Origin: an uncultured Clostridia bacterium | GTDB lineage: Bacteria; Bacillota; Clostridia; TANB77; CAG-508 | Length of the DNA stretch: 64,000 nucleotides | Reading direction: 5' to 3' | Assembly: GCA_944391575.1 (NCBI GenBank) | Contig: CALXUC010000001.1 | Span: 12,841-76,840 of the forward strand | Shown here: piece by piece, positions 9,936 to 21,523 of the stretch | Numbering within the stretch: the stretch's first letter is position 1 | Layout: each line of letters starts with the position of its first letter | The notes under the pieces: generated by a model | Told to the model about the DNA's origin: nothing | Database searches by the model: none | The model's input: the letters and a program-made list of their open reading frames with translations, nothing else | Program-made: the position numbers and the translations under genes

Positions 9936-11102
9936 TTAATCTCTTGCGTATAAGTCTCTTGTGTAAATTTTATTCTTCACTTTATTAATATTATCGTCTA
10001 TACGATTTACTAATATTACATCTGCCATATCTTTAAATTCATCAAAATCTTTTACTACAGTACAATCATTATACGTTGATTTATCTAATGTTGGTTCATA
10101 TATTAATACTCTAATATCTTCTTTTATTAAACCTTTTATAATATCACTGATTGCACTTGCTCTGAAATTATCTGAACCAGCTTTCATAGTTAATCTATAA
10201 ATTCCAACTGTTTTTGGATTACTTTTTTTAATCATATTTACAATATGTTTTTTTCTTGTATTATTAGATTTTACAATAGCTTCAATTAAATTTTGTGGTA
10301 CATTATTGTAATTTGCTAATAACTGTTTCGTGTCTTTAGGCAAACAGTACCCTCCATATCCAAAAGACGGATTATTATAATAATCTCCTATTCTAGAATC
10401 TAAACATACCCCTTCTATAATATCTTGAGTATTTAAGTCTTTTAATTCTGCGTATGTATCTAGTTCATTAAAATATGAAACTCTTAATGCTAAATATGTA
10501 TTTGCAAATAATTTAACAGCTTCAGCTTCTGTAGAGCCCATATATTTTACAATTACATCTTCTCTTAAAGCAACTTCTTTTAAAATATTAGCAAATTCTT
10601 CTGCTCTTTTGCTCTTTTCTCCTACTATAATTCTTGAAGGATATAAATTATCATATAATGCTCGTCCTTCTCTTAAAAATTCAGGAGAAAACATAATGTT
10701 ATCTATATTATATTTCTTTTTCGCCATTTCTGTAAAACCTACTGGTATTGTAGATTTTATTACCATTGTTGTATCAATGTTCATTTCCTTTACTTTTTGT
10801 ATAATATCTTCAACACTAGAAGTATCAAAGTAATTTAAGTTTTCATCATAATTTGTTGGTGTGCTAATTATAATGAATTTTGCATCTTTGAAAGCTTCTT
10901 TATAGTCTAAAGTGGCTTTTAAGTTTAATTCTTTCGTTTTGAAGTATTCTTCTATTTTTTCGTCTTTTATTGGTGATATTCTTTTATTTATCATCTCCAC
11001 TTTTTCTGGTATTATGTCTAATGCATATACCTCGTTTTTTTGACTTAATAATGTGGCTAGTGATAAGCCTACGTATCCTGTTCCTGCTATTGCTATTTTC
11101 AT
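9936..11102 (-). CDS. ugd: UDP-glucose 6-dehydrogenase
   Basis: N-terminal [15 protein letters not shown]-binding motif, catalytic GGYCLPKD, 388 aa. Confidence 0.85.
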   Translation of the reverse strand: MKIAIAGTGYVGLSLATLLSQKNEVYALDIIPEKVEMINKRISPIKDEKIEEYFKTKELNLKATLDYKEAFKDAKFIIISTPTNYDENLNYFDTSSVEDIIQKVKEMNIDTTMVIKSTIPVGFTEMAKKKYNIDNIMFSPEFLREGRALYDNLYPSRIIVGEKSKRAEEFANILKEVALREDVIVKYMGSTEAEAVKLFANTYLALRVSYFNELDTYAELKDLNTQDIIEGVCLDSRIGDYYNNPSFGYGGYCLPKDTKQLLANYNNVPQNLIEAIVKSNNTRKKHIVNMIKKSNPKTVGIYRLTMKAGSDNFRASAISDIIKGLIKEDIRVLIYEPTLDKSTYNDCTVVKDFDEFKDMADVILVNRIDDNINKVKNKIYTRDLYARD

Positions 11103-11146
11103 GGGTACAACTCCTTTTATAATTTAATTATTATTTATTTTATTAT

Positions 11147-12685
11147 CTACTTTTTCTTTATAAATTTACTTTCAATTTTTAATAGTGGCTTTTTTATAAT
11201 ATCTTTTTCAGATTCATTCATACTAAAATTCCATACAACAAAAATATATACTAATGAATATAATACTACTTGTATTAGGAAGTCCAAAACAGTACTTATT
11301 GGCCATATTTTATGTAAAAATATTCCTATTAAAACTACAAATACCATTGGTATAGACATTTTTAAAATTTCTTTCCAAAATCTAGGAATATCTATTCCTA
11401 CACCTTTCCAATAATATAAATTTACTAAAAGACCTTGACCTAATAAAAGAGAAACACAAGTTCCTATAGCAGCTCCAATTCCCCCATATAATTTTGCTAA
11501 AGGTATACTTATTAATATATTTAAAACAGCTACACCTATTAAAATCATTGTTCTATATTTAAATTTATTTTTTGCCTGTAAAATACTTATGCCAACATTT
11601 TGAATTAAATCTATTGTAACTGGTATCATTAATATACATGCTATGTAATATGATAATGTGTAATCTTTTCCTACCCAAATTATTTCTATAAAAGCTTTTC
11701 CAAAAAAAACAAAACCTGTTATTACCAGAGCTAATAATAAATATTGTATTCTTCCTGTTTTTATAAATATATTAGTAAATTCTTCATCACTTGCATTATT
11801 TGCCTCCATTTTAGAGACTCTAGGAAGTAACACACCACTAATAGCTGTAGAAAAAGTTAAATACAAATAATTTAATTGTGCAGCTGCTGCATATATAGCT
11901 ACTGCAGTGGTTCCTGCAAACATTCCCAAAATCAGTTTATCAACAGACCAATTTACTTTATCTACTATAGACATCAGACAAACAAATATTGAATAAGATA
12001 TAATTTCTTTAAGCAATGGTATATTTATTTTTCCAAACTTAAATTTAACCTTTAATTTTTTCACACAATATATAACATTGCACAATATAGATATAATATT
12101 TATTAAAGTTATAACCGCTACTAATGTTATTGATTTTGCTCCCAAAAGTAACAACGGTAACATTAAAATTGGTTGCAATATGATTTTTAATATATTAATG
12201 CATTTAGCGAATATAAATCTCTCATTTGCGTTAATAATTGATGAAAATATACTAAATGAAAAAGTTAGCATTAAATTTACGCTTAACATTAACATTAATA
12301 TTTTAGCTTTCGATAATTCTTCAGCTGTTAATGAATTTGCAAACATATTATCAACATTAAAATATAATATAAGTCCAGCTATAAATGCAACTATAGCTAT
12401 TACAAAATATATTATAAAAAACATTCCATGTAACTTCTGTGCTTTTTCTGTTTCACCTCTTGCTATATATTTAGATGTATATACTGTAATTGCATTTCCA
12501 AATCCCAAATCAAATACGGTTAAATATAAAATTACCGATGAAACTAAAGAATATAAACCATATTCGCTTTGTCCTAACGTTCTTATTAGTATTGGTGTGT
12601 ATACCAAGCCTACAATACTGTTTAATACTATAATAACATATGATAAAATTACTCCTATTTTAATTTGACTTATTTTCACTAACAA
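11147..12685 (-). CDS. Oligosaccharide flippase (Wzx, MOP superfamily polysaccharide biosynthesis protein)
   Basis: 512 aa, about 12-14 TM helices, position in a Wzy-type cps locus. Confidence 0.75.
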   Translation of the reverse strand: MLVKISQIKIGVILSYVIIVLNSIVGLVYTPILIRTLGQSEYGLYSLVSSVILYLTVFDLGFGNAITVYTSKYIARGETEKAQKLHGMFFIIYFVIAIVAFIAGLILYFNVDNMFANSLTAEELSKAKILMLMLSVNLMLTFSFSIFSSIINANERFIFAKCINILKIILQPILMLPLLLLGAKSITLVAVITLINIISILCNVIYCVKKLKVKFKFGKINIPLLKEIISYSIFVCLMSIVDKVNWSVDKLILGMFAGTTAVAIYAAAAQLNYLYLTFSTAISGVLLPRVSKMEANNASDEEFTNIFIKTGRIQYLLLALVITGFVFFGKAFIEIIWVGKDYTLSYYIACILMIPVTIDLIQNVGISILQAKNKFKYRTMILIGVAVLNILISIPLAKLYGGIGAAIGTCVSLLLGQGLLVNLYYWKGVGIDIPRFWKEILKMSIPMVFVVLIGIFLHKIWPISTVLDFLIQVVLYSLVYIFVVWNFSMNESEKDIIKKPLLKIESKFIKKK

Positions 12686-12819
12686 TTCTACTCCTCAATC
12701 TACTTTTTATATCATTTAATTTAAAATAATAACTATATAACTTAAATTAAATTTAACTTATTATGTTATATTTGTTCCAAAGTACATATTATTTATTAAT
12801 AAGTTATATCTTTTAATAC

Positions 12820-13884
12820 TTATATTATTTTGAATTTTCTCAATATATTTCTTAATATATATTCGTTATGTATAACAACTTTCCCATATAAATTAATTTT
12901 CCATATTTTTCTATCATAAATTGCTTTCATTGTAAATTTTTTATTATAATTTATATTCATTATATTCTTTCTCTCTAAATTTCTATTTATTCTATTTAAT
13001 ATATCATTATTTACTACAAAATTTAATATATTATCTATTTGTTTGTTTTCTAGCTTAAATGCCCTATATATAAATAAAGTTTTCGCAGTTATTTCTTTTA
13101 AAATTCTTAATGAAATTTTTTCTCTTATTTCATCATTATCTAATTCCCAAACCTTAATATATTCATATAGTTTTCCATAAACTAAAATTATATCTTCTAT
13201 ATGCTTTTGTATTTTTTCATAATTAACAGTTCTCGTTTCACTTTTAAAATTAATTCTATAATAGTACAAATTATCATTTATTAAAAGAATATTTTTAGAT
13301 TTTGTATATAATTCTAAATTATAATTTAAATCTTCTGCGAGGTTTATATTGGTTTCTGTTACTATTTCTATAGCTAATGACTTTCTTATTAATTGTCCCC
13401 ACATATTATTTAAACTATACCCATCAAGTATTTTTTTATATATAGTATTTTTATATTCTTTCTTATCTATAAACATATTTTCTTTAATAAACTCAAATGG
13501 AATATTTTTATTCTCTTTTGCCAAATAATAAGAAGCTTTTACAATATCACAATCATACTTTTTCTGATTTTTCAAAAGTATTGCACACATTTCTGTATCT
13601 ATCCAATCGTCAGCATCAACAAACATTATAAATTCTCCACTAGCAATTCTAACTCCCTCTAATCTAGTATACATAACTCCTTTATTTTCTCTATTTATTA
13701 AAATTATTCTATCATCTGATTTAACGAATTTATTAACCATTTCTATACTATTATCTTTACTTCCGTCTATTATAATTATTATTTCTATGTTTCTATATGA
13801 TTGATTAACAACAGATTCAAGACATTTTTCAATATATTTTTCAACATTATATACTGGTATTATTATACTTATTTTTTTATCCAT
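12820..13884 (-). CDS. Glycosyltransferase family 2
   Basis: ISIIIPVYNVEKYIEKCLESVVNQSY N-terminus, DxD (VDADD). Confidence 0.75.
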   Translation of the reverse strand: MDKKISIIIPVYNVEKYIEKCLESVVNQSYRNIEIIIIIDGSKDNSIEMVNKFVKSDDRIILINRENKGVMYTRLEGVRIASGEFIMFVDADDWIDTEMCAILLKNQKKYDCDIVKASYYLAKENKNIPFEFIKENMFIDKKEYKNTIYKKILDGYSLNNMWGQLIRKSLAIEIVTETNINLAEDLNYNLELYTKSKNILLINDNLYYYRINFKSETRTVNYEKIQKHIEDIILVYGKLYEYIKVWELDNDEIREKISLRILKEITAKTLFIYRAFKLENKQIDNILNFVVNNDILNRINRNLERKNIMNINYNKKFTMKAIYDRKIWKINLYGKVVIHNEYILRNILRKFKII

Positions 13885-13891
13885 TATTTTT

Positions 13892-15001
13892 CTACCTTTC
13901 TATTTTCAAGTCCTCTATACTAATATAATTATACGGAAAGATTTCCGAATTTCCAACTACATAATATGTATTTATAAACTGAATTCCAACAATTATTACA
14001 AATATAAATACTAAAAACTTTCTAAACATTTTGTCAGTGAATATTTCTAAGGCTTTTGGAATTAATAATATTTGTATAATACTGAAATATAAAGAAAATC
14101 TATTCAAATATATATTCAAATATCCTAAATAAGCTAATATTATGCTAATCAAGTATAGAACAATATAAAAACTATAATCATTTTCTAATTTATTAGTATT
14201 TTTATAAAAAAATAAAGAAATTATTAATACTGGAAGATTTAACAATAAAACTCCTAGCCCAAAACCCGACGAATTATTTGAAGAGTTTACATATCCCAAA
14301 AATTTTTCAAATAAAGCTATATTACTAGGAAAAATAAATAATCCAAAATAAATAATAATAACAAATAACATGTAAAAAATAATTAATATAATATTTCTAA
14401 GTTTATTTTTCTTTATTTTATTATAGATAATCAAAGCTGGTAAAACTATCAAAGCCGATATATGTACACAAGCTGCTATTATACATAAAATATACGCCTT
14501 TTTAATATCTGTTTTTAAAAGACTATATGCATATAAAATTATTGAAATAGCTAATGCCTGCCTCATTATGTTTATTGCATATGGAAAGAATAAACATAAA
14601 TACATAAATGTCATTAAAAATGTATTTTTTGAATCAAATCGTAATATCGCTTTAAAAGCAATCGTAATAGTTAATACCGCATAGACGATAATAAATAAAT
14701 ACTTATTATCATATATACTATAAATTACTTTAGAAATAATTATATTTAAAATTTCACTACTTGTATTTAACGCTTCAGAAAATGGCAGTTCTTTATATCT
14801 TTCATACATTAACAAATAATTTTGATAATCTGTACCAACATAATATCTCATTCCTAATATTATTATCGGTGTTAGTATAGAAATAAAAAACAATATATTT
14901 TTTATCAATTTACTTTTTTTATATTTTTGACATAAAGATAACATAAAAGCCGTTATAAAAAATGTCACACCATACAAGATCAAAGATTGCTCATTACTCA
15001 T
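13892..15001 (-). CDS. Polysaccharide polymerase (Wzy / EpsG family)
   Basis: 369 aa polytopic membrane protein with the GMRYYVGTDYQNY motif typical of EpsG-type polymerases. Confidence 0.65.
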   Translation of the reverse strand: MSNEQSLILYGVTFFITAFMLSLCQKYKKSKLIKNILFFISILTPIIILGMRYYVGTDYQNYLLMYERYKELPFSEALNTSSEILNIIISKVIYSIYDNKYLFIIVYAVLTITIAFKAILRFDSKNTFLMTFMYLCLFFPYAINIMRQALAISIILYAYSLLKTDIKKAYILCIIAACVHISALIVLPALIIYNKIKKNKLRNIILIIFYMLFVIIIYFGLFIFPSNIALFEKFLGYVNSSNNSSGFGLGVLLLNLPVLIISLFFYKNTNKLENDYSFYIVLYLISIILAYLGYLNIYLNRFSLYFSIIQILLIPKALEIFTDKMFRKFLVFIFVIIVGIQFINTYYVVGNSEIFPYNYISIEDLKIER

Positions 15002-16119
15002 GATTTCTCCTTACTTAAATATATTTTTTCTAATTGTTTAGCTATTGACTCTGATGAAAAACCTTTTTCATCTAATATTTTAGAAATTTCTTCAATATTA
15101 TATTTTTTGTTTATTACATTAATAATATTTTCATACCAACTCTCCATTGTTGCATCTAAAGGAACAAACTTAACCATTCCATCAACAATTTCAACTTCTT
15201 TAGATATTTTGTCAGAAACTACACAAGGTTTGCCAGATGCTAAAGCTTCTACTATAGCTACTGGGAATCCTTCATATAAAGAAGGCATAACAAACACATC
15301 AAAAGTTTTCATTACGTTATATACATCATCTCTTAAACCTGTAAATACAAAAAAATCTTCTAATTTTTGCCTTTTTACTTCTTCCATTACATTTTTTCTT
15401 AACTCACCATCACCAACAAGTATAATTTTAAATTTCACTTTTTTTTCTCTCATATAATTGGCTAAATTTATAAAAAATTTATGATTTTTCACCTCTGCAA
15501 ATCTACCAACATGACCTATATTAATTTCATCATCACAAATATTAAAATCTTTTTTTAGTAATTTTATTTTTTCTTGATTTATTTCCTTATATTTTTGCAA
15601 ATCAATACCATTATTTAATACCAATACATTTTCTATATTTTGTCCATATAAAAACTTAGCCGCCAATTCCCCACATGATATTTTATTAGTTGTAAATATT
15701 TTAATTAATATTTTCATCATAGTAATGTAAATTTTTCTTTTTAGGCTTTGTTTTTTAGGATCAAAAGTACTATGTGAATGTGAAATTCTAATTTTTACTC
15801 CAGCTAACCACGCAACAAAACATACTATTCCGCTATGTAATGAAGTATGGCAATGAACAGCAGCAAATGGGCCATTTTTTTTGATAACTTTTTTTATTTC
15901 TGCAATATGTTTAAATACAGATACTTTTTTTGGTGAAGAAATTCTATAAATTTTTCCTCCTAATTTTGAAATTTCATCATCATATGCACCTTTATTTGCA
16001 TCCATGCACAAAAAATCAAACTGAATTTTTGTTCTATCAATTTTTCTATAAATATTCATCATCAAAGTTTCGGCACCACCTGGATTCATAATTCTAAATA
16101 CGTGTAAAACTCTAACCAT
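14998..16119 (-). CDS. Glycosyltransferase family 4
   Basis: GT-B fold C-terminal EGFPVAIVEALASGKPCVVSD motif. Confidence 0.75.
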   Translation of the reverse strand: MVRVLHVFRIMNPGGAETLMMNIYRKIDRTKIQFDFLCMDANKGAYDDEISKLGGKIYRISSPKKVSVFKHIAEIKKVIKKNGPFAAVHCHTSLHSGIVCFVAWLAGVKIRISHSHSTFDPKKQSLKRKIYITMMKILIKIFTTNKISCGELAAKFLYGQNIENVLVLNNGIDLQKYKEINQEKIKLLKKDFNICDDEINIGHVGRFAEVKNHKFFINLANYMREKKVKFKIILVGDGELRKNVMEEVKRQKLEDFFVFTGLRDDVYNVMKTFDVFVMPSLYEGFPVAIVEALASGKPCVVSDKISKEVEIVDGMVKFVPLDATMESWYENIINVINKKYNIEEISKILDEKGFSSESIAKQLEKIYLSKEKS

Positions 16120-17298
16120 TACAAATTCTCCTTTAAAAATTTTTTATAAAAATCATTTCTTTTACTATTTAATACATCTTTTGAATATTTTTTCGATTTT
16201 TCAAGATTTATTTTTGCTTGCTCTATTCTTAATTCTTCATCGAAATTTTTTAATACTATTATAAGCTCTTTATAATTTCCTTTTTTAAATATACTGTTTT
16301 GTTGCAATAATTCAGGTATTCCACCAGCATTGCTTCCTATGCAAGGGCAAGCTCTACTCATAGCTTCTATTAAAGCTCTTGGCATTCCCTCCGTCTTACT
16401 TGATTGAATATATATATCTATGCTATCTAACCAGTCAAAAACCTCATCATGAGACTTAGGACCTAAAAATTTAACATTATCTTTCACACCCAATTTTACT
16501 GCTAAATTTTCGAGTCGTTCTTTATTTCCAGCACCAACTAATTGATATTCATAATTATATCCTTCTTTTTTTAATTTTGCAATAGCCCTAATGACATATT
16601 CCTGACCTTTATATTTTACGTCAATTGCGCCTAAAGTTCCTAATATAATTTTATTATTTTCTTTATCTTTCTTTATTCTCTTTATTCTTTTTTCTAATAT
16701 TTCTTCATTAATTTCTTGCAATTCGACATCAGAGCATCCAACACTTTCTCCTAATGTAGGATACCTTCTTTGTAAAAATTCATTGGTAACATATATAACA
16801 TATTTAGCATTTTTTATAACATCTCTTGTCATTATAAAAGAATATGGGGCTAAAATTTTTCCTAATGCACTATAATTCCATAATGAATCCCACACACAGC
16901 CGTACCACTTCAACTAAAACTTTTTTATTTTGCTTAACAGCTTCTTTATAAGCTATACTAGCAAGTCTAGATGGTTCTCTTACAATAACCAAATCTACTT
17001 TATCTATAATATTTTTTACTTGCTCTTTTATACTTTTTCTATTTTTTAAAAGATCAATAGAATTATTAAATTTTTCAATAGGAATAATAGATACGTTTTT
17101 GCCACTAGTCTTCTTATATTTTTTTACTTCACTTTGCATAATATTAACAGATCTAGTGCAAACTAATAATTGATCTGCTAATTCAAAATATTTTTTTAAA
17201 GTGTTATATGATAAACCGCCTGTTGAAAAATATTCTTCACCACATTTTCTTAATTTATGACTATGAAAAAAAGCTGCTTTCATTATTAAATCCTCCAA
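16119..17298 (-). pseudogene. Glycosyltransferase family 4, interrupted by a frameshift near 16870-16913
   Basis: Two overlapping ORFs (17298-16870 and 16913-16119) encode the N-terminal Rossmann half and the C-terminal half (KTEGMPRALIEAMSRACPCIGSNAGGIPE) of one GT4 enzyme. Confidence 0.6.
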
Positions 17299-17302
17299 AT
17301 AT

Positions 17303-17938
17303 TTATATCTTTTTTATTAATTTTGCTGGAATTCCACCAACAATAGTATTGGCCTCAACGTTTTTATTAACAACAGCTCCAGCCGCAACTATACTTCTAG
17401 ACTCAATATTAACTCCAGCTAAAATACGTACTCCCGCACCGATCCAAACATCATTACATATCTTTATTTTTTCAAATACACTTTCGTTATACTTTATTGG
17501 TTTATTTTTGTCCTGCCATGTGTGATTAAAAGATATTAAAGAAGTTTGATGTGCTATTGAAACATTATCTCCTATTTCTATTTTCCCAGTGGCATCTATA
17601 TAACAGTCTTTATGAATACTAACATTTTCTCCTATTATAATATTTTCAAAACTAATAATTTCTACATTAGAACCAATAAATACATTATCTGATACTTTTT
17701 TTGCTAAAGATTTTAAAATTATATATCTACAAGCTATTGCATACTTTCTATTTGACTTTTGAAAGGTGTGCCATAAACATATTCGTACACTTCTAGGAAA
17801 CACTCTTATACATCTAACAATAAAATTAATTATTTTCTTATTTTTCTTAAATTTTTCTTTTCCAGAAGATTTTTTTAAATTATTATCTTTTTCTTGGTTA
17901 TAATCTTCAGAATATATATTACCTTCTTTACACTCCAT
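17303..17938 (-). CDS. Hexapeptide-repeat (left-handed beta-helix) acetyltransferase
   Basis: Repeated [LIV]G-x4 hexapeptides (IGENVSIHKDCYIDATGKIEIGDNVSIA..VWIGAGVRILAGVNI); the Lys-rich N-terminus suggests the true start may be internal. Confidence 0.7.
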   Translation of the reverse strand: MECKEGNIYSEDYNQEKDNNLKKSSGKEKFKKNKKIINFIVRCIRVFPRSVRICLWHTFQKSNRKYAIACRYIILKSLAKKVSDNVFIGSNVEIISFENIIIGENVSIHKDCYIDATGKIEIGDNVSIAHQTSLISFNHTWQDKNKPIKYNESVFEKIKICNDVWIGAGVRILAGVNIESRSIVAAGAVVNKNVEANTIVGGIPAKLIKKI

Positions 17939-17965
17939 ATTCCTACCTATCTTTCTTTATATAAA

Positions 17966-18511
17966 TTATTTTACTTCTGTTTCTCTTTTCTGTATTATTA
18001 CAGAACCAGACGGATATTCTCCTTTAATAACGGAACCTGCTCCTATAACACAATTATCACCTATTTTAGTACCCTTTAAAATAATTGTATTCGCCCCTAT
18101 CCATACATTTTTTCCTATTTCAATAGGTTCTGTATTAAATTGATTAGATATAACGCCATTTTCTTTATTAAATTTATGGTCATGGTCATAAATGTAAACT
18201 GATGGCCCAAATTCTGTTCCTGAACCTATAGTAATATCATCATGACAAACAATTATACAATTATAGTTTATTTTTACATTATCTTCTATATTACATTTTG
18301 CTCCTTTACGGATCTTAATCTTCGAACCACTATGAACTCTAACACTTTTTCCTAAAAGCAATCTTGCTTTTTTTCCAATTTCAATCACTACATTAGGAGA
18401 AAAACGTTCTATTAATTTATATGAAAAATTATTCCAATGAAATAATTTGATAAAGAAAAATTTAATAAAAGAAAATATCACACTTATTAAATTTCCAAAC
18501 ATTCGTCTCAT
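17966..18511 (-). CDS. Hexapeptide-repeat acetyltransferase (maltose/galactoside O-acetyltransferase-like)
   Basis: Hexapeptide repeats (VWIGANTIILKGTKIGDNCVIGAGSVI); 4 bp overlap with the upstream GT4 gene. Confidence 0.75.
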   Translation of the reverse strand: MRRMFGNLISVIFSFIKFFFIKLFHWNNFSYKLIERFSPNVVIEIGKKARLLLGKSVRVHSGSKIKIRKGAKCNIEDNVKINYNCIIVCHDDITIGSGTEFGPSVYIYDHDHKFNKENGVISNQFNTEPIEIGKNVWIGANTIILKGTKIGDNCVIGAGSVIKGEYPSGSVIIQKRETEVK

Positions 18512-19590
18512 AAATTAATTTCCTCCATATACGCATTTACAACTATATTTCTGTCAAATTCTTTCTCAACCTTTCTTCTGCCTTTTAGTCCCATTTCACG
18601 TTGTTCTTCATAAGATAAATTTAAAAATCTTTCTATTTTTTCAACTAAACTATCTACAGACTTTACTTCAACCAAATATCCATTTTCTCCGTTATCTATA
18701 GTTTCTTTACAACCAGGTATATTACTTGCAATTATAGGTCTACCAGTGGCTGCAGCTTCTAATAATACATTAGCTAATCCTTCAAAATATGAAGGTAAAA
18801 TTAAGCAATTACTTTCTACCATATATTTTCTCACATCTGATTGAAAACCTTTATATTTTACTATATCTTTTTTTACATATTCCTCAATTTTTTCTTTGTA
18901 TTTATCTTCATCGTAGCTTCCTAATATAACAAATTCTGTACTATTATATTTTCCTTTAATAGTTCTAGCGGCTTCTAAAAATTCTTCAATTCCTTTAGTC
19001 TTCATAATCCTTCCTACAAATAAAAATTTAGTAACATCATTTTTAGGATATTCTTCTAAAGGAAATCTCGTTAAATTTACTCCTGAGCCTGGAATTAACC
19101 TATAATTATCCTTAACAATTTTATAATTCTTAAATATATTCATATTAGTTTCATTTTGAAAAAATATACATTTTGTCTTTTTCATAGCTATTTTATACAT
19201 AAAAATTAATATTTTTTTTAATAAACCACCATTTTCTACAGCTGTTCCTAGACCTGTTATATTTGCAAGTTGACTAACTTTTTTTAATCTACATGCTATT
19301 CCTCCATATATATTAGGTTTTATTGTGTAGGTTAAAACTACATCTGGCTTAACTTCTTTTAATATACGCATATATGTCATAAGAAGTTTAAAATCTTTTA
19401 AAAAATTTATTCCTCTTCTGTCAACAGGAGTTTTTATAACTTCACAACTTAGATTTTCTATATCTTTAACCTGTTCAGCATCTGGAACAGAAACAATAAC
19501 TTTACTATTTAAAGTCAATTCTTTCAATAATTCTTGCCTGAAATTATATAATCCTTTAGCACTATTGGAAATAACTAATATTTTCTTCAT
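18508..19590 (-). CDS. Glycosyltransferase family 4
   Basis: GT-B fold, EGLANVLLEAAATGRPIIASN motif. Confidence 0.75.
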   Translation of the reverse strand: MKKILVISNSAKGLYNFRQELLKELTLNSKVIVSVPDAEQVKDIENLSCEVIKTPVDRRGINFLKDFKLLMTYMRILKEVKPDVVLTYTIKPNIYGGIACRLKKVSQLANITGLGTAVENGGLLKKILIFMYKIAMKKTKCIFFQNETNMNIFKNYKIVKDNYRLIPGSGVNLTRFPLEEYPKNDVTKFLFVGRIMKTKGIEEFLEAARTIKGKYNSTEFVILGSYDEDKYKEKIEEYVKKDIVKYKGFQSDVRKYMVESNCLILPSYFEGLANVLLEAAATGRPIIASNIPGCKETIDNGENGYLVEVKSVDSLVEKIERFLNLSYEEQREMGLKGRRKVEKEFDRNIVVNAYMEEINL

Positions 19591-19664
19591 ATACTATTCC
19601 TTTCAAATTTATTATATCTTTCAGCATGCTAATATTTTCTTGGGTAGTTTCTTGTGTAGTAATT

Positions 19665-20639
19665 TTATTTTATGTCTTTCATAATCATAACTTCATTATA
19701 TTTCATCATATAAACATTATCATCATAATTACCTATTTGTTCTTCATTCTCTATACCGTTAATATTATTAATAATCATTTTAGGTACATTAACACCTGCC
19801 TCGTAAGCATGAGGATACCCCCCACCAAACCTAGGATTTACTTCAGAAATATAATATTCATTATTTATCCTAAAAATGTCTATATCAATAATACCTTTAA
19901 AGCCAGCTTTATTTACAAAGTTTTTAATAAAGTTAAATAATTTTTCATCTTTAAAAGATACAGATTTATCTGTTTCTCCTGCTCTCATTTTTAATTTTTC
20001 TTTTGTGAAAATTGATACAACTTTATTAGAAATCATATCTATATAAACATCTGCTCCAATTTCTTGTCCACCCATAAATTCTTGTATTATTAAATTGTCA
20101 TATTTTTTCATTATAAATTCTAATTCTTCTTTATCGTTTATTTTAGTTATATTAATACTAGCACTTCCTTTAACTGGTTTTACAAAAACAGGAAATGTAA
20201 TTAATTTTTTATTAAAATCTTCTAAAAAGTCGTCTAAAGATATATATGTTTTCGGAGTTTTAATATTATTCTTTTCTAAAAATTTAAACATTTCATATTT
20301 ATTAAAACTTAATTCAACAGCTTCATAATCAGAAATAATTGGCTTTACTCCAATTTCATGAAATCTATCAATATTTTTTGCAATTAAACTTAATTCTGGG
20401 TCTATTAATGCAAATAAAGTATCTACTTTTTCATTTTTACATATTTCTATTACTTCATCTATATAACTAGGTGAATCTATTCTTGATACTTTGTAAAACT
20501 TATCAGCTTCATATACTGCTGGTGCTAATTCTGAACAGTCTGTAGCTATAATTTTTCCATCATTTCCTAATTCTTTATTAAAATATTGAACTAATTTATT
20601 TCTTGTACCTGCACTTAGTATTAATATATTCATAATCAT
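19665..20639 (-). CDS. ATP-grasp domain protein (carboxylate-amine ligase-like)
   Basis: ATP-grasp features: central Gly-rich region and C-terminal EVNPRFGGGYP; PreATP-grasp N-terminal region. Confidence 0.7.
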   Translation of the reverse strand: MIMNILILSAGTRNKLVQYFNKELGNDGKIIATDCSELAPAVYEADKFYKVSRIDSPSYIDEVIEICKNEKVDTLFALIDPELSLIAKNIDRFHEIGVKPIISDYEAVELSFNKYEMFKFLEKNNIKTPKTYISLDDFLEDFNKKLITFPVFVKPVKGSASINITKINDKEELEFIMKKYDNLIIQEFMGGQEIGADVYIDMISNKVVSIFTKEKLKMRAGETDKSVSFKDEKLFNFIKNFVNKAGFKGIIDIDIFRINNEYYISEVNPRFGGGYPHAYEAGVNVPKMIINNINGIENEEQIGNYDDNVYMMKYNEVMIMKDIK

Positions 20640-21523
20640 TTAATCTCCTTTAATTTATCAAAAAATATTGGTGTTCCTCCAGTATGAATAAATAAAATAT
20701 TCTTATTTTCTATTTTATTTTCCTTTATATATTCTTTCATTCCCCAAAAAGCTTTTCCAGTATATGTTGTATCTAAAGGAATACCATAATTTAACAAGAC
20801 ATCTTTTATAGTATTTAATATGTCTTCATTATATTTTCCATATCCACCAGCAACATATTTATCAATAAAATTAATATCTTCCAATTTTATATTATTTTTT
20901 ATTTTATGTTCTTCCATATATGATTTTACACTATCATATATAATTTTACTACATCTATCTTTATTTCTAGCCACGCTAATTCCAATTATATTTACATTTG
21001 AATTATTAATATGTTTCCCAACAATTAAACCTGCTTGAGTTGTTCCAGTACCTGATGCATGAAAAATATAATCAAATTTGATATTGTTCTTTTCTTCTAG
21101 TTCTATAATATCACTAAAGGCGTTAACGTATGCTTGCGTTCCTATATTTCCATGTCCTCCGCCTTCTATAAAATAAGTATTATACCCCTCTTCTTTTTTC
21201 TTGTTTATTACATTTTGAATAGTAACTTTTACGTCCTCTACTTTACATGTTGTAACTGTCGCACCAAAAAATTTAACTAAATAACTATTATTTGTATCTT
21301 TTTGTTCTTCATCAAGTGGTGAAATTATTTGACAATCCAAATTATATTTAGCACAATAATTAGATATTATTCTACAATGATTTGAAGCTTTGCTTCCATA
21401 TGTTATTACACAGTTACACTTCTTTTTTAAAATATCTTTAAAAAATAATTCCGCCTTTCTAGCTTTATTGCCACCAAAACTAAAAGGAAGTAAATCATCT
21501 CTTAAAAAATATATACTATTCAT
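20636..21523 (-). CDS. PLP-dependent enzyme of the ACC deaminase / D-cysteine desulfhydrase family (fold type II)
   Basis: RDDLLPFSFGGNKARK matches the GGNKxRKLE PLP-lysine motif of this family; 295 aa. Confidence 0.6.
   Translation of the reverse strand: MNSIYFLRDDLLPFSFGGNKARKAELFFKDILKKKCNCVITYGSKASNHCRIISNYCAKYNLDCQIISPLDEEQKDTNNSYLVKFFGATVTTCKVEDVKVTIQNVINKKKEEGYNTYFIEGGGHGNIGTQAYVNAFSDIIELEEKNNIKFDYIFHASGTGTTQAGLIVGKHINNSNVNIIGISVARNKDRCSKIIYDSVKSYMEEHKIKNNIKLEDINFIDKYVAGGYGKYNEDILNTIKDVLLNYGIPLDTTYTGKAFWGMKEYIKENKIENKNILFIHTGGTPIFFDKLKEIK

Noticed and set aside
17303-18511. Two adjacent hexapeptide acetyltransferase genes as a possible tandem duplication or pseudogene pair
   Set aside because: The two proteins differ substantially in sequence and length and both have intact repeats. 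Distinct O/N-acetyltransferases are common in cps loci, so I treated them as two functional genes.
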